The notes under the pieces were generated by a model that worked only from the letters and a program-made list of their open reading frames with translations, made no database searches and had not been told where the DNA came from. A DNA stretch of 64,000 nt from Chthonomonadales bacterium (GTDB lineage: Bacteria; Armatimonadota; Chthonomonadetes; Chthonomonadales; CAJBBX01): contig JBBIPC010000005.1 of NCBI GenBank assembly GCA_037443035.1, positions 136,040-200,039 of the forward strand, given 5' to 3'. This document shows positions 31,388 through 40,030 of the stretch, piece by piece; position 1 is the first letter of the stretch; the number at the start of each line of letters is the position of its first letter. The position numbers were made by a program, and so were the translations under genes.

Positions 31388-31948
31388 ATGCCGTACAGGC
31401 AGTTGAGATGTATTGCTCGATGGCTGACCGGGCCGCTGGCCCTGTCACTGGTGTCTGTGTGTCTCGCATCAGTGGCAAGGGCGGACCCTCCGACCTGCTA
31501 CGCGCTGGTCTTCCTTGATGAACCGAACGAATCGCCGTACTATGCGCCCTCCGGCGGGACAGCCGATGTCCAGTTCAGCACTTGCGCACATAGGGTGGAG
31601 ATCTACGGGCCGCCCAGTGCACGTTACTTCATTCTCTGGACTATGACTCTCCGATGTCTGACGAACTTGGGTGGACACATCGCATATGTGGATACCGACT
31701 GGGCAGGGGGTTCCGCAGTTGCGGACGCTTACGGCGTGTGGAGGCACCTCGCAGACGGGTGTGGCGAGCTGGACGGTTCACTCTCCTTGGGTGCCGGTAG
31801 TTACTACGCGCGCGGCGAATGCTCCTTCACGGCGAGCTTCTGGGAAGACCCCGACCATCCGTTTGGCAGCTCCGCAGCAGACGAGAAGCCATTTGGCGTT
31901 GTAACCCAGTCTCCACCCCTGCCGCCAGGCGGCGGTGGAGGTGCCTGA
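31388..31948 (+). CDS. Hypothetical secreted beta-sandwich-like protein
   Basis: GAAGGAG SD before ATG 31388; signal peptide ending ARA-DPP; PPGGGGGA tail. Confidence 0.65.
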   Translation: MPYRQLRCIARWLTGPLALSLVSVCLASVARADPPTCYALVFLDEPNESPYYAPSGGTADVQFSTCAHRVEIYGPPSARYFILWTMTLRCLTNLGGHIAYVDTDWAGGSAVADAYGVWRHLADGCGELDGSLSLGAGSYYARGECSFTASFWEDPDHPFGSSAADEKPFGVVTQSPPLPPGGGGGA

Positions 31949-31971
31949 GGCGCGACATCGAGAGAACGTAC

Positions 31972-33633
31972 ATGTTCGCGACGGGAAAGATTCCTTGCTG
32001 GGCACTATGGGCCCTCCTTTGGCTGGCGGGCATGCCGACAGTCGGCCTGGCGACGGGCGAGATCACTGCCCAGATGCGCGCCGAGGATCCGCGCCTCGAG
32101 AATCGTCTGTCCGTTCGCGGCGATCGCTGGTATGTCGGCGAGCTGTGCGAGCACATGACCCGGCTCGCCGCTGTCTCGATAGCTGCCCACGATCGGGACG
32201 GTGCGGCGGATCCGAGGGTAACTGTGGTCTTGAACGACATACCCCTCGGCGATGCCATGAACGCCCTACGGTCGTTGCTCAGCTATGAGGACGCGCCGTA
32301 CGTCTGGGAGAGGTCGGGCGACGCACCAAATTACCGCTACGTGCTGCGTCGTTCGCTCAAGGCACAGAGGCTTCCGGAAGAGGTTACCCGCCGGATCGAG
32401 GCAGACTTCGAGGCCGAATGTGCGAAGCTGCTGGCCCTGTGCCGTCTGAACGATGACGAGCTGAAGGAGCTGGCCAAGACTGACCCTGTAGCCGACAATA
32501 TGGTTAAGTTCCCTCGCGTAGCCGCGGCCTGGCAGATGCTTGGGGACGTCCTGTCGCCTGAAGCACTGTCCACGGTACTCCGCGGTGAGCAGGCGCTGAC
32601 GCTGAAGGTGGCGGACCTCCCTCCGAGCGGGCGTCGCTTCGTGGACACGGTATGGTCTGAGGGAGAGCGCTTCGTCCTCACACCCGAGGGCGGCCGCGCC
32701 CAGGCACCGGAGCCGGATCGTGTCTACGTCCATAGGGACAATGTGGGCCCGGGCGGTGCCCCTGCGCTCATGATCGGGCTTCCTCACGCTGGCGAATACG
32801 CCTACGCTGGGGCATTGCCGCTCCAGCTCGGTATCCTGCGGAGCCACTTGCCCCCCTGGACCCTGGACGGCGAGACAGCGACCGATCCGCGAGAAGATAC
32901 CGTCTTGTCTCGTCCTCCTAAGGGAGTGGCCGAGCCAGCCGACGCCGGTAGCCTGATGCATCGGTTGGCCCAGATTGCCGAAGCAGCGCACATCAGTATT
33001 CTGTGCCGTCTGGCGCCACCCTACGACAAGGTGAAAGCACCACCACCCTACGACAAGAGCATCTCCCAGTATCTCGATGCCATGGGCCGAAATCGCGGGA
33101 TCCTGCAATCCAAGTGGTGTGGCGATGCACTACTGATCTCGGACACCGGCTGGGTACGACGCGAGGCTGCTCAACTGCCGTGGCGGACGGAGAAGATGCT
33201 CCGCAAGAGCCTCGCGAAGAAGGACGGCATGTCCTTTCACGAAGTGGTTGCGCTTGCGACTTCTCTGACCGATCAGCAGGCGCAGACGGTAGCAATGGAC
33301 CATCCATCCCTATCGTTCTTGCGCCGACCAGGACTGTTCGCGGCGCTGGGACAGGAACCTGGCCTGGTAGACCGGGCGCTCTCGCCGGAAGGCGTCCCTC
33401 TAACTGGCAAGATCGCGGAGATCATCGCTGGACTGGCAGGTGCGGACGTGCCAACCCGTGCATTGGCCCTCCGCATCGTCGAGAGGAATACGGTACCGGT
33501 CGAGGGAGCCGACGGTAGGATTTCGTTCGTTGCTGGTCGTGGCCATATGTGGCGGATCGAGCTGAGACAGCTCGACGGAACCTGGCAACCCCACTCGGCA
33601 GTGCGCCGTCCGAAAGAGGCGCGGAACGAATGA
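31972..33633 (+). CDS. Hypothetical exported protein with N-terminal STN/secretin-N-like domain
   Basis: Signal peptide; DPRLENRLSV...RVTVVLNDIPLGDAMNAL resembles an STN-type domain. Confidence 0.6.
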   Translation: MFATGKIPCWALWALLWLAGMPTVGLATGEITAQMRAEDPRLENRLSVRGDRWYVGELCEHMTRLAAVSIAAHDRDGAADPRVTVVLNDIPLGDAMNALRSLLSYEDAPYVWERSGDAPNYRYVLRRSLKAQRLPEEVTRRIEADFEAECAKLLALCRLNDDELKELAKTDPVADNMVKFPRVAAAWQMLGDVLSPEALSTVLRGEQALTLKVADLPPSGRRFVDTVWSEGERFVLTPEGGRAQAPEPDRVYVHRDNVGPGGAPALMIGLPHAGEYAYAGALPLQLGILRSHLPPWTLDGETATDPREDTVLSRPPKGVAEPADAGSLMHRLAQIAEAAHISILCRLAPPYDKVKAPPPYDKSISQYLDAMGRNRGILQSKWCGDALLISDTGWVRREAAQLPWRTEKMLRKSLAKKDGMSFHEVVALATSLTDQQAQTVAMDHPSLSFLRRPGLFAALGQEPGLVDRALSPEGVPLTGKIAEIIAGLAGADVPTRALALRIVERNTVPVEGADGRISFVAGRGHMWRIELRQLDGTWQPHSAVRRPKEARNE

Positions 33634-33692
33634 GCTGTCCCACCTGTACGCGTAGCCGCCGCTGTCACGGCCGCTGCGCCCATGGTACCGAA

Positions 33693-34002
33693 GTCCAGAA
33701 CACGACCGACTTCGTCTACGATGCCCTTGGACGGCGCTACAGCCGCACGGCCGGTGGCACGACGACCGTCTTCTTCTAAGCAGGCAACCAGGTACTGCTC
33801 GAGAAACAGGGTGATACCTTCACCGCAGCATACACCACCCCGACAACGGCAGCCGGGGCAGGTGGTAACGCCTTTCTTCGCCGGAACTCCGAGTATCCGC
33901 TCTACGATGGGCACGGGTCAGAACGGACCGTGACGGTGAGCAACCAGACGGTGACCGGCACGATCAACTACGAAGCGTTCGGGCAGGCGGTCGGAACCGG
34001 AG
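33693..34002 (+). pseudogene. RHS core fragment A
   Basis: TDFVYDALGRRYSRT..FF*AGNQVLLE..YPLYDGHGSERTVT..INYEAFGQAVGTG with in-frame TAA at 33777-33779; no start; interrupted at its 3' end. Confidence 0.85.
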
Positions 34003-34007
34003 ATTCG

Positions 34008-34175
34008 CCCCTCACCCTAGCCCTCTCCCGCGCGTGGATGGCATGCACAGGCGCGCAGTATCCCCTCTCCCGCGCGTGGATGGCATGCACAGTCGCGCAG
34101 TGTCCCCTCTCCCGCGCGTGGGAACGATGGATGAACATCACCGGGATGTGCGCGGGAGAGGGATAGGGTGAGGGC
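34008..34175. repeat. Palindromic MITE/REP-like element with ~24-bp terminal inverted repeats and internal 42-bp tandem repeats
   Basis: CCCTCACCCTAGCCCTCTCCCGCG ... CGCGGGAGAGGGATAGGGTGAGGG; 42-bp units start at 34021, 34063 and 34105 (third partial). Confidence 0.85.
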
Positions 34176-34254
34176 AGCCGCACAGCATCTCAAGCGTCAG
34201 TGATTTCGCACAATCGTCTGAGACCGGAGTGTCGGTAAACCTGCCGGAGACCCC

Positions 34255-34283
34255 TTGACCGCCCATCGGAAACGGCGTATCAT
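34255..34283 (+). promoter_or_regulatory. Near-consensus sigma70 promoter
   Basis: TTGACC-17 nt-TATCAT. Confidence 0.6.
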
Positions 34284-34286
34284 CGT

Positions 34287-34375
34287 CGTGGTCGTTCAGG
34301 TATTGCCCTTTTCTGCCTTTCGGTCGGTGGATGTGATGATTGACGCGGTTGCGCTGCCTGAAATGTCGAACCACG
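34287..34375 (+). ncRNA. Putative small structured RNA or structured leader
   Basis: CGTGGTCG/CGAACCACG and TTCAGGTA/TGCCTGAA end-to-end pairing immediately after the promoter. Confidence 0.35.
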
Positions 34376-34444
34376 CTCGCCCGGTTCGCGGCCAGCGACG
34401 GGCCCTCACGGGTGCGCCTTGCGCCACCATGTACATGCTCACCG

Positions 34445-34554
34445 GTAGACGGGCGATGAATCGTCCGCCTACGATCACGAAACCCACATTCGCGGGTTGG
34501 CCATCATCCCGCGAGGCGGGATTTGTGCATGCAGCCCGACGATTCATCGTCGGG
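34445..34554. repeat. Composite GTAG-type REP (REPIN-like) element of four hairpins
   Basis: GTAGACGGGCGATGAATCGTCCGCCTAC; AACCCAC/GCGGGTT; ATCCCGCGAGGCGGGAT; CCCGACGATTCATCGTCGGG. Confidence 0.75.
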
Positions 34555-34570
34555 GCAACGGGCGCATCCT

Positions 34571-35219
34571 TGAGGCCCTCCGCCAGACCGTTGGCACCGG
34601 AGATTCGCCCCTCACCCTATCCCTCTCCCGCGCACTCGCCGCTCGTAACATCGGCAGGTTGGGTACGCGCGGGAGAGGGGACCGGGCCGGCGCGTGGGGC
34701 TATCCCGAAAGGCTTCGGGACGACGCCGGGCTGAAGCACGTCGGTGCGCGGTACTACGACGCGCAGGTCGGGCGGTTCGTCATCCGAGACACCGTCCTCA
34801 GCGAGCATCCGTATCTGTATTGCGAGCATGATGCGGTCAACGCGGTGGATCCGAGCGGGCATTTCTCTATCAAGGCATGGTGGTTCCATGTTTGGATCGA
34901 GAAGCCCGGTGGCTCGATCGGATTCTGGCCTGGGTCCCCAAGCCCGTTCTGGAGTCCGGGGCTGTTTCAGGCTTCCGACCCGTACCAGCAGCGTCGTTCA
35001 CCGGGTGTTGTGATTGCATGGTTGCCTTGGCCTGCTGTCGACCGGCGATTGGCAGATGTAGCGGTTGGTGTGGATGGCCGGACGGTCGGCGTATACACCT
35101 TTCCGTTCATCGCATGCGCTCAGGGTGCCTTCGCCCTAGCGCTGTATGTCATCCGTGAGGAACTCAGCGACTGGGCTGGCAGAGCGTACGGTGGCTGGGA
35201 ACAGCCCCTGGGGCCGTGA
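34571..35219 (+). pseudogene. RHS core fragment B with orphan C-terminal (toxin-position) domain
   Basis: AGAWGY..DAGLKHVGARYYDAQVGRF..RD..HPYLYCEHDAVNAVDPSG followed by a unique domain of roughly 120 aa. Confidence 0.85.
34608..34680. repeat. Second copy of the CCCTCACC/CCCTCTCCC palindromic element, in frame within RHS fragment B
   Basis: CCCCTCACCCTATCCCTCTCCCGCGC ... CGCGCGGGAGAGGGG, with the same 5' context (ACCGGAGATTCG) as the first copy, 600 bp downstream. Confidence 0.85.
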
Positions 35220-35237
35220 TATCCAAGGAGACGATGG

Positions 35238-35705
35238 GTGATGCACCGGCCTGACCAGCGGCGAATCCTGTGGTTCCGCCCAGCGCTCATCTTGCTGGTA
35301 GCAGTTCCAGCCTTGTGGTTCTGCCACTCGCTCTGGCAGGGCGAGCGCCTCTGCTTCGCGATTCGTCGGGGTGATATAGGTGCGTTGCGCCGAAACCTAG
35401 AATCGGGGTGTAGTCCTGACTCAATATGCGTGGACGGTCCCCCCATTCTCTGGGCAACCATGAAGGGGCGTGAAGACATGGTAGCTGCGTTGATGGACTA
35501 CGGCGCGAGCCCCGAGAATGAGGTCCTACTGATGGTGCACAAACGACAGCTGGGGATGCTCAGGCTGCACCACAAGCGCGGGATAGATCTATCGCGCCCC
35601 AGAGGGAGCGCTCGAGAGAGGCCTGTCGACGTGGCGCGCCGAAAGGGCTACCAAGAGATTGTTTCCTTCCTCGAATCGACAGAGAATCCGGTTGGCGGAG
35701 AGTGA
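35238..35705 (+). CDS. Membrane-anchored ankyrin-repeat protein (immunity-gene position)
   Basis: AAGGAG SD; N-terminal TM; GPPILWATMKGREDMVAALMDYGA, RPVDVARRKGYQEIVSFL. Confidence 0.75.
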   Translation: MMHRPDQRRILWFRPALILLVAVPALWFCHSLWQGERLCFAIRRGDIGALRRNLESGCSPDSICVDGPPILWATMKGREDMVAALMDYGASPENEVLLMVHKRQLGMLRLHHKRGIDLSRPRGSARERPVDVARRKGYQEIVSFLESTENPVGGE

Positions 35706-35880
35706 CTCCTTCACTGCCGCATACATGACCCCGACAACGGCAGCCGGGGCAGGTGGCAAGGCCCTCTTGCGACGGAACGCCGAATACCCCCTCTACGATG
35801 GGCACGGAAGCGAGCGGACCGTGACGGCAAGCAACCAGTCGGTGACCGGCACGATCAACTACGAAGCGTTCGGGCAGGCG
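35701..35880 (+). pseudogene. RHS core fragment C (diverged direct repeat of 33810-33989)
   Basis: DSFTAAY..LLRRNAEYPLYDGHGSERTVT..INYEAFGQA; the 3'-most ~40 nt are identical to fragment A. Confidence 0.85.
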
Positions 35881-35882
35881 TT

Positions 35883-35908
35883 CGTAGGCGCGCAATTCAT
35901 CGCCCGTC
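35883..35908. repeat. GTAG-type REP, same family as 34445-34473
   Basis: CGTAGGCGCGCAATTCATCGCCCGTC matches the reverse complement of the 34445 palindrome at 23/26 positions. Confidence 0.7.
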
Positions 35909-35929
35909 ATGTCGCCTTGAGTGTTGGAC

Positions 35930-36856
35930 CTAGGTCAGCCTGTACCACTGCACGGCGTTGTCATGCAGGAGCTTGCGCTGTTCGGCCACGGGCCATGCAT
36001 CAATGATCTGCCGGAGCGCCGTGACCCACTGTCGCAGCGTGGCTGCCAGTGTGCAGACAGGCCAGTCGCTTCCGAACAGGATCCTATCAGGCCCGAATGC
36101 CTGGCGGCAGTGGAGAATGAAGGGCTCCAAGTCTTCTGGGGACCATGCTCCAGGCTTGGCCGTGGCCACGATTCCGCTGATCTTGCATGCGACGTTAGTT
36201 CGCCGTGAAACAGCATCCACGGCACGCTTCCAGGAATCCTGGACGCCGAGCTGCACATTGGGGTTGCCGCAGTGGTCCAAGATGAGCCGAGTCTCCGGAC
36301 ATGCATCCGCTAGGGCCGCCGCATCGGCAAGGTAACCTGCGGGCAAGCAGACGTCGAAGGCAAGCCCCATCTTACCCAGCATCCTGATACCTTCTACGAA
36401 CGGCTTACGGAGACAGTATCCTCGAGGTGTTTCCGGGCCGTGGAGTACCTGACGAAGACCCTTGACCCACCGGTTCCCACGGAACCGCTCCATGTACCTC
36501 GGGAAGCTCTCGGAAGCGGGCCGGCCTCCGATCACTACGCCTGCCAGCGGACTACCCCGCTTGCCGCATAGGCTCAGCACATACTCGGCCTCCGCCACGT
36601 GCGCTTCTGGCGGCATATCCACTTCCATGAAGAGGGTTTTCTCGATTCCCAGCCCCTTCGCTTCCTGCAAGTATCGTTCCAAGGTGTGATCGCCAGCCAG
36701 AGGACCATGTCCCGGCAGCCATTGGGGGCGTAGGTGCTTCGTGTCCCACAGGTGCTGGTGGGTGTCCACGATCCTGATGCTCGGCTCGCTGCCATCCGGT
36801 ATGGCGGCAAGCGCACCCACGGTGGCGGCCATGATCTCCCTCCTAGTGACGTTCAT
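35930..36856 (-). CDS. Amidohydrolase_2 family protein (sugar lactonase-like) with Tat-like signal
   Basis: TRREIMAA; IVDTHQHLW, LILDHCGNP, CKISG, ILFGSDWPVC. Confidence 0.85.
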   Translation of the reverse strand: MNVTRREIMAATVGALAAIPDGSEPSIRIVDTHQHLWDTKHLRPQWLPGHGPLAGDHTLERYLQEAKGLGIEKTLFMEVDMPPEAHVAEAEYVLSLCGKRGSPLAGVVIGGRPASESFPRYMERFRGNRWVKGLRQVLHGPETPRGYCLRKPFVEGIRMLGKMGLAFDVCLPAGYLADAAALADACPETRLILDHCGNPNVQLGVQDSWKRAVDAVSRRTNVACKISGIVATAKPGAWSPEDLEPFILHCRQAFGPDRILFGSDWPVCTLAATLRQWVTALRQIIDAWPVAEQRKLLHDNAVQWYRLT

Positions 36857-37698
36857 CCCTTTACGGCACCGGCCGTCAGCCCGGCCACGAACTCCCGCTG
36901 GAGAAGCATGAAGATGACAATGACCGGCAGGACGCTGATGAGCGTGCCGGCCATGAGTGTGCCGTACTGCTGCTGGTAGAGGCCCACGAGCTGATTCAGG
37001 GCTATGGGCAGTGTGAACCGCTCGCTGTTATGCAGAATAATCTGCGGCCACAGGAAAGAGTTCCATGCACCCATGAAACTGATCAAGCAGAAAGCGCCGA
37101 TCATGGGCCGCGAGACCGGCATGACGACGTCCCAGTAGATCCGGAACTCCGAGCAGCCGTCAATACGAGCCGCGTGGAGCAGTTCATCCGGAACCTGTAG
37201 GATGGACTGGCGGAACAGGAAGATGCCGAAAACGCTGACCGCACCTGGTACGACGAGGCCGGCGTAGCTATCCACGAGGCGCAGGCGATAGATCAGCTCG
37301 TAGAGCGGTGCCATGACCACCTGTCCGGGGATGAGCATGGTAGCCAGCATCAGAATCATCACCGCCTTGCGGCCCCGGAACTCGTACTTGGCCAGCGCGA
37401 ACCCCGCCAGCGACGAGAAGAAGAGCTGGACGAGGACAGTCGTGCATGCAACGAAGGCACTGTTGATGCCGCAGCGGAAGAAATGGACAGTCTGCTGGGT
37501 CTTGCCAATCTCGAACAGGTCTCGGAAGTTGTCCAGCGTAAGCCGTGGTGCGAAGAAGGTGTAATGGAATAGGTCGTCGGGTCCCTTGACGGAAGCAGCC
37601 ACTAGCCAGACGATCGGCGTCAGGGCCAGTGCTGCGCCTGACACAAGCACTGCGTAGACACACGTCCGCGCGGTCACGACCCATCGCGTGCGTTTCAT
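36853..37698 (-). CDS. Carbohydrate ABC transporter permease (MalG-type)
   Basis: AGFALAKYEFRGR, DELLHAARIDG, WNSFLWP, GLTAGAVKG. Confidence 0.93.
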   Translation of the reverse strand: MKRTRWVVTARTCVYAVLVSGAALALTPIVWLVAASVKGPDDLFHYTFFAPRLTLDNFRDLFEIGKTQQTVHFFRCGINSAFVACTTVLVQLFFSSLAGFALAKYEFRGRKAVMILMLATMLIPGQVVMAPLYELIYRLRLVDSYAGLVVPGAVSVFGIFLFRQSILQVPDELLHAARIDGCSEFRIYWDVVMPVSRPMIGAFCLISFMGAWNSFLWPQIILHNSERFTLPIALNQLVGLYQQQYGTLMAGTLISVLPVIVIFMLLQREFVAGLTAGAVKG

Positions 37699-38639
37699 TC
37701 GGACGAACTCCTCCAGACGCCGGTAATCCGCATCTGTGCCAGGCTGACCAACAGCAGTCCCAGGGCAAGCGTCCATCCCACCGCAGCGGCATATCCCAGA
37801 TCGCCGGATACGAAACCGGTCTGGTACAGATACATCACAATGGTGAGACCAGCCTTGTTGGGCCCAGGTCCGTTGCCGAGCATGATGTAGGGCAGTTCGA
37901 AGAGCTGGAAGGAGCCAATGGTGGAGGTGATAAGGACAAAGACGGCCACAGGCTTGATGCCTGGTAGGGTCACGGCCAGGAACTGCTGCCAGGCGTTGGC
38001 ACCATCCACGGTTGCCGCCTCATAGAGGTCCCGATCCACGGCTTGCAGAGCTGCCAGGAAGTAGATCATGTTGAACCCGACGTACATCCAGAGCGACGTG
38101 AGCACCAAGGCGGGCATGACCAGCGAAGGATTGGCCAGCCATTTCGTATCGAGCGCTACCACCGGCACGAACGATGCGAAGCCGTGAAGGAAGGCGGTAA
38201 TGGCGTGGAGGGCGGTATTCAGAAGTCCGTACTGGGGCACGAAGAGGACACTGAAGAGAACGGCCACGAACACCTGCCCCAATAGGTTCGGCGAGAAAAA
38301 CGCGAGCCTGAACCACTCACGTCCCCGCAACCACCGCTGACTGAGCAGTATTGCCAATGCCAATGCCAGCGGGAGTTGCACGAACACCGACCAGAAGGCG
38401 AAGACGGCTGTATTCCAGACGGCAATGTGAAAATCCGGGTCGGTGAGAAGGAACCGGAAGTTCTCGAGACCCACATAGACCTGATCCTTCGGGCCGCTGG
38501 TGACATACAGAGCGAGGACCACGCTCTTGACGATGGGCCAGAAGCCGAACAGGGCGAAGAGAACGAGGAACGGCGCAATGAACACGTACGGCGCGTACCG
38601 ATGCTGGAGCCGGAACCAGAGGGATGTTGTCGGTTCCAT
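37695..38639 (-). CDS. Carbohydrate ABC transporter permease (MalF-type)
   Basis: YVGLENF, DLYEAATVDGA, GSFQLFE, DLGYAAAVG. Confidence 0.93.
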   Translation of the reverse strand: MEPTTSLWFRLQHRYAPYVFIAPFLVLFALFGFWPIVKSVVLALYVTSGPKDQVYVGLENFRFLLTDPDFHIAVWNTAVFAFWSVFVQLPLALALAILLSQRWLRGREWFRLAFFSPNLLGQVFVAVLFSVLFVPQYGLLNTALHAITAFLHGFASFVPVVALDTKWLANPSLVMPALVLTSLWMYVGFNMIYFLAALQAVDRDLYEAATVDGANAWQQFLAVTLPGIKPVAVFVLITSTIGSFQLFELPYIMLGNGPGPNKAGLTIVMYLYQTGFVSGDLGYAAAVGWTLALGLLLVSLAQMRITGVWRSSSE

Positions 38640-39976
38640 CAGAACGGGTTCCTCGCCATGAGCCGACGGAGTTCGTTGGCGCTCTGGCGCATCTGGCGCC
38701 GTACGAAGGCGTCGAAGCCGTCGTCGCCGCGCTCGCGGTAGTACTGCACACAAGCCACCAGCGCCTCGCTCAGCTTCCCCTTGGCGGTCGAGATGTAGGG
38801 GCTAGTGTATTGGAACGGTACTTCGGGGGCGAGCCTCGCGTACAACTCGCCGAGACGCTGATTGCTCCAGTAGGGCCGAGGCTCGTGGAAAGCTGGCTGA
38901 ACCCAGGCTGCCCGAAGCGCTGGGATGATATTCGTACCGCGGAAACGCTCGGCCAGCTCCTTCTTGTCGAGGTAGAGGTGCAGGGCGAACTCCCACGCCA
39001 GGTCCTGATTCCGGCAGTGATTGGTGATGCCAATCATGGTGCCACCCCACGTGCTCGTTCTGCGACCTCCCTTGTGAACCGCTGGCAAAGGCATGAGGGC
39101 CATCTTGCCGGCCATGCGCGGGACATCCATCTCGAAGCTCTTGGTGCGCCAATCAGGAGCCACCATGCAGAGGATGTAGCCATCTTCTACCGCTTTGGTG
39201 AAGATCTGCCCCCCGCCCAGGTCACTGCCGATACGATTCGGGCCGGCCACGAGAGGTACGTACCATTTCATGGTCTCGATGCCGGTTTCGTTGTCGAAAA
39301 TGCACCGGCCCTGTGGATCGAAGTAGCCTCCACCACGCTGGAAGAGGAGCATCTCCAGGCGCGACGCCTCGGCATCGGGAAACTCGATCATATACCGCCG
39401 GCCAGGGTCAGTCAGGCGGGTCATCTTCCGGCCAATACGGATGAAGTCGTCCCAGGTCTCGATCTTCGAGACATCCACGCCTTCCTTCTCGAAGATATCC
39501 CTCCGATAGGCCAGCATGACCGGGTGAACATCGTGTGGCAACCCGAAGATGCGTCCTCTGCTCGTGTAGGGCGCAAACCGAGCCTGGACCATTCCGTCCC
39601 AGAGGCCCGACTTGTGGATGCGGTCCGTCAGGTCCACAAAGCCCACGTGTTTCAACGGGCCACGGAAGAAACTGCCGGCTGAGCTGATCTCCACCTCAAC
39701 CACGTCGGGTACATCGAGATCCGCCCAGAACGCCGCCTGGAGCCTGGAAGTCACCGCCGTTCCCGAGACGAGCTGCACGTCTACCTTGACACCCGGGTGT
39801 GCCCGCTCGAAAGAAGGCACCGCTACCTTGTACGCGTCGTAGTGCGTCTTGGCGAAGGTCCAGAAGGCCAGAGTCGCTGTGCTGCGGCTAACGGGATGAA
39901 TGGCCAGCCATACTCCCGAGAGTATGGCGACCGTGAGAATGGTCAGGGCAGCATGGCCGTATGGAAACCGAGACAT
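38639..39976 (-). CDS. Carbohydrate ABC transporter substrate-binding protein
   Basis: N-terminal anchor; FERAHPGVKV, FGLPHDVHPVMLAYRRDIFEK, IETWDDF, WGGT. Confidence 0.9.
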   Translation of the reverse strand: MSRFPYGHAALTILTVAILSGVWLAIHPVSRSTATLAFWTFAKTHYDAYKVAVPSFERAHPGVKVDVQLVSGTAVTSRLQAAFWADLDVPDVVEVEISSAGSFFRGPLKHVGFVDLTDRIHKSGLWDGMVQARFAPYTSRGRIFGLPHDVHPVMLAYRRDIFEKEGVDVSKIETWDDFIRIGRKMTRLTDPGRRYMIEFPDAEASRLEMLLFQRGGGYFDPQGRCIFDNETGIETMKWYVPLVAGPNRIGSDLGGGQIFTKAVEDGYILCMVAPDWRTKSFEMDVPRMAGKMALMPLPAVHKGGRRTSTWGGTMIGITNHCRNQDLAWEFALHLYLDKKELAERFRGTNIIPALRAAWVQPAFHEPRPYWSNQRLGELYARLAPEVPFQYTSPYISTAKGKLSEALVACVQYYRERGDDGFDAFVRRQMRQSANELRRLMARNPF

Positions 39977-40030
39977 GGGATCAACGTCATGATTCCAGGT
40001 CCGCCTCTGACCTTCCTTCTTAGGCGCATC

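Noticed and set aside
33777..33779. In-frame stop in RHS fragment A as programmed readthrough or recoding
   Set aside because: It is TAA at a probable Tyr codon in a fragment with no start; other genes use TAA, TAG and TGA as normal stops
34021..34121. 42-bp periodic repeats as a mini CRISPR array
   Set aside because: The intervening sequences are near-identical rather than unique spacers, the repeats lie inside an inverted-repeat element, and there are no cas genes
33810..35880. RHS fragments A and C as a DGR template/variable repeat pair
   Set aside because: Differences are mostly synonymous and not adenine-specific; no reverse transcriptase in the window
30870..35930. Accessory locus as a prophage or integrative element
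   Set aside because: No integrase, transposase, tRNA target, att repeats or phage genes seen
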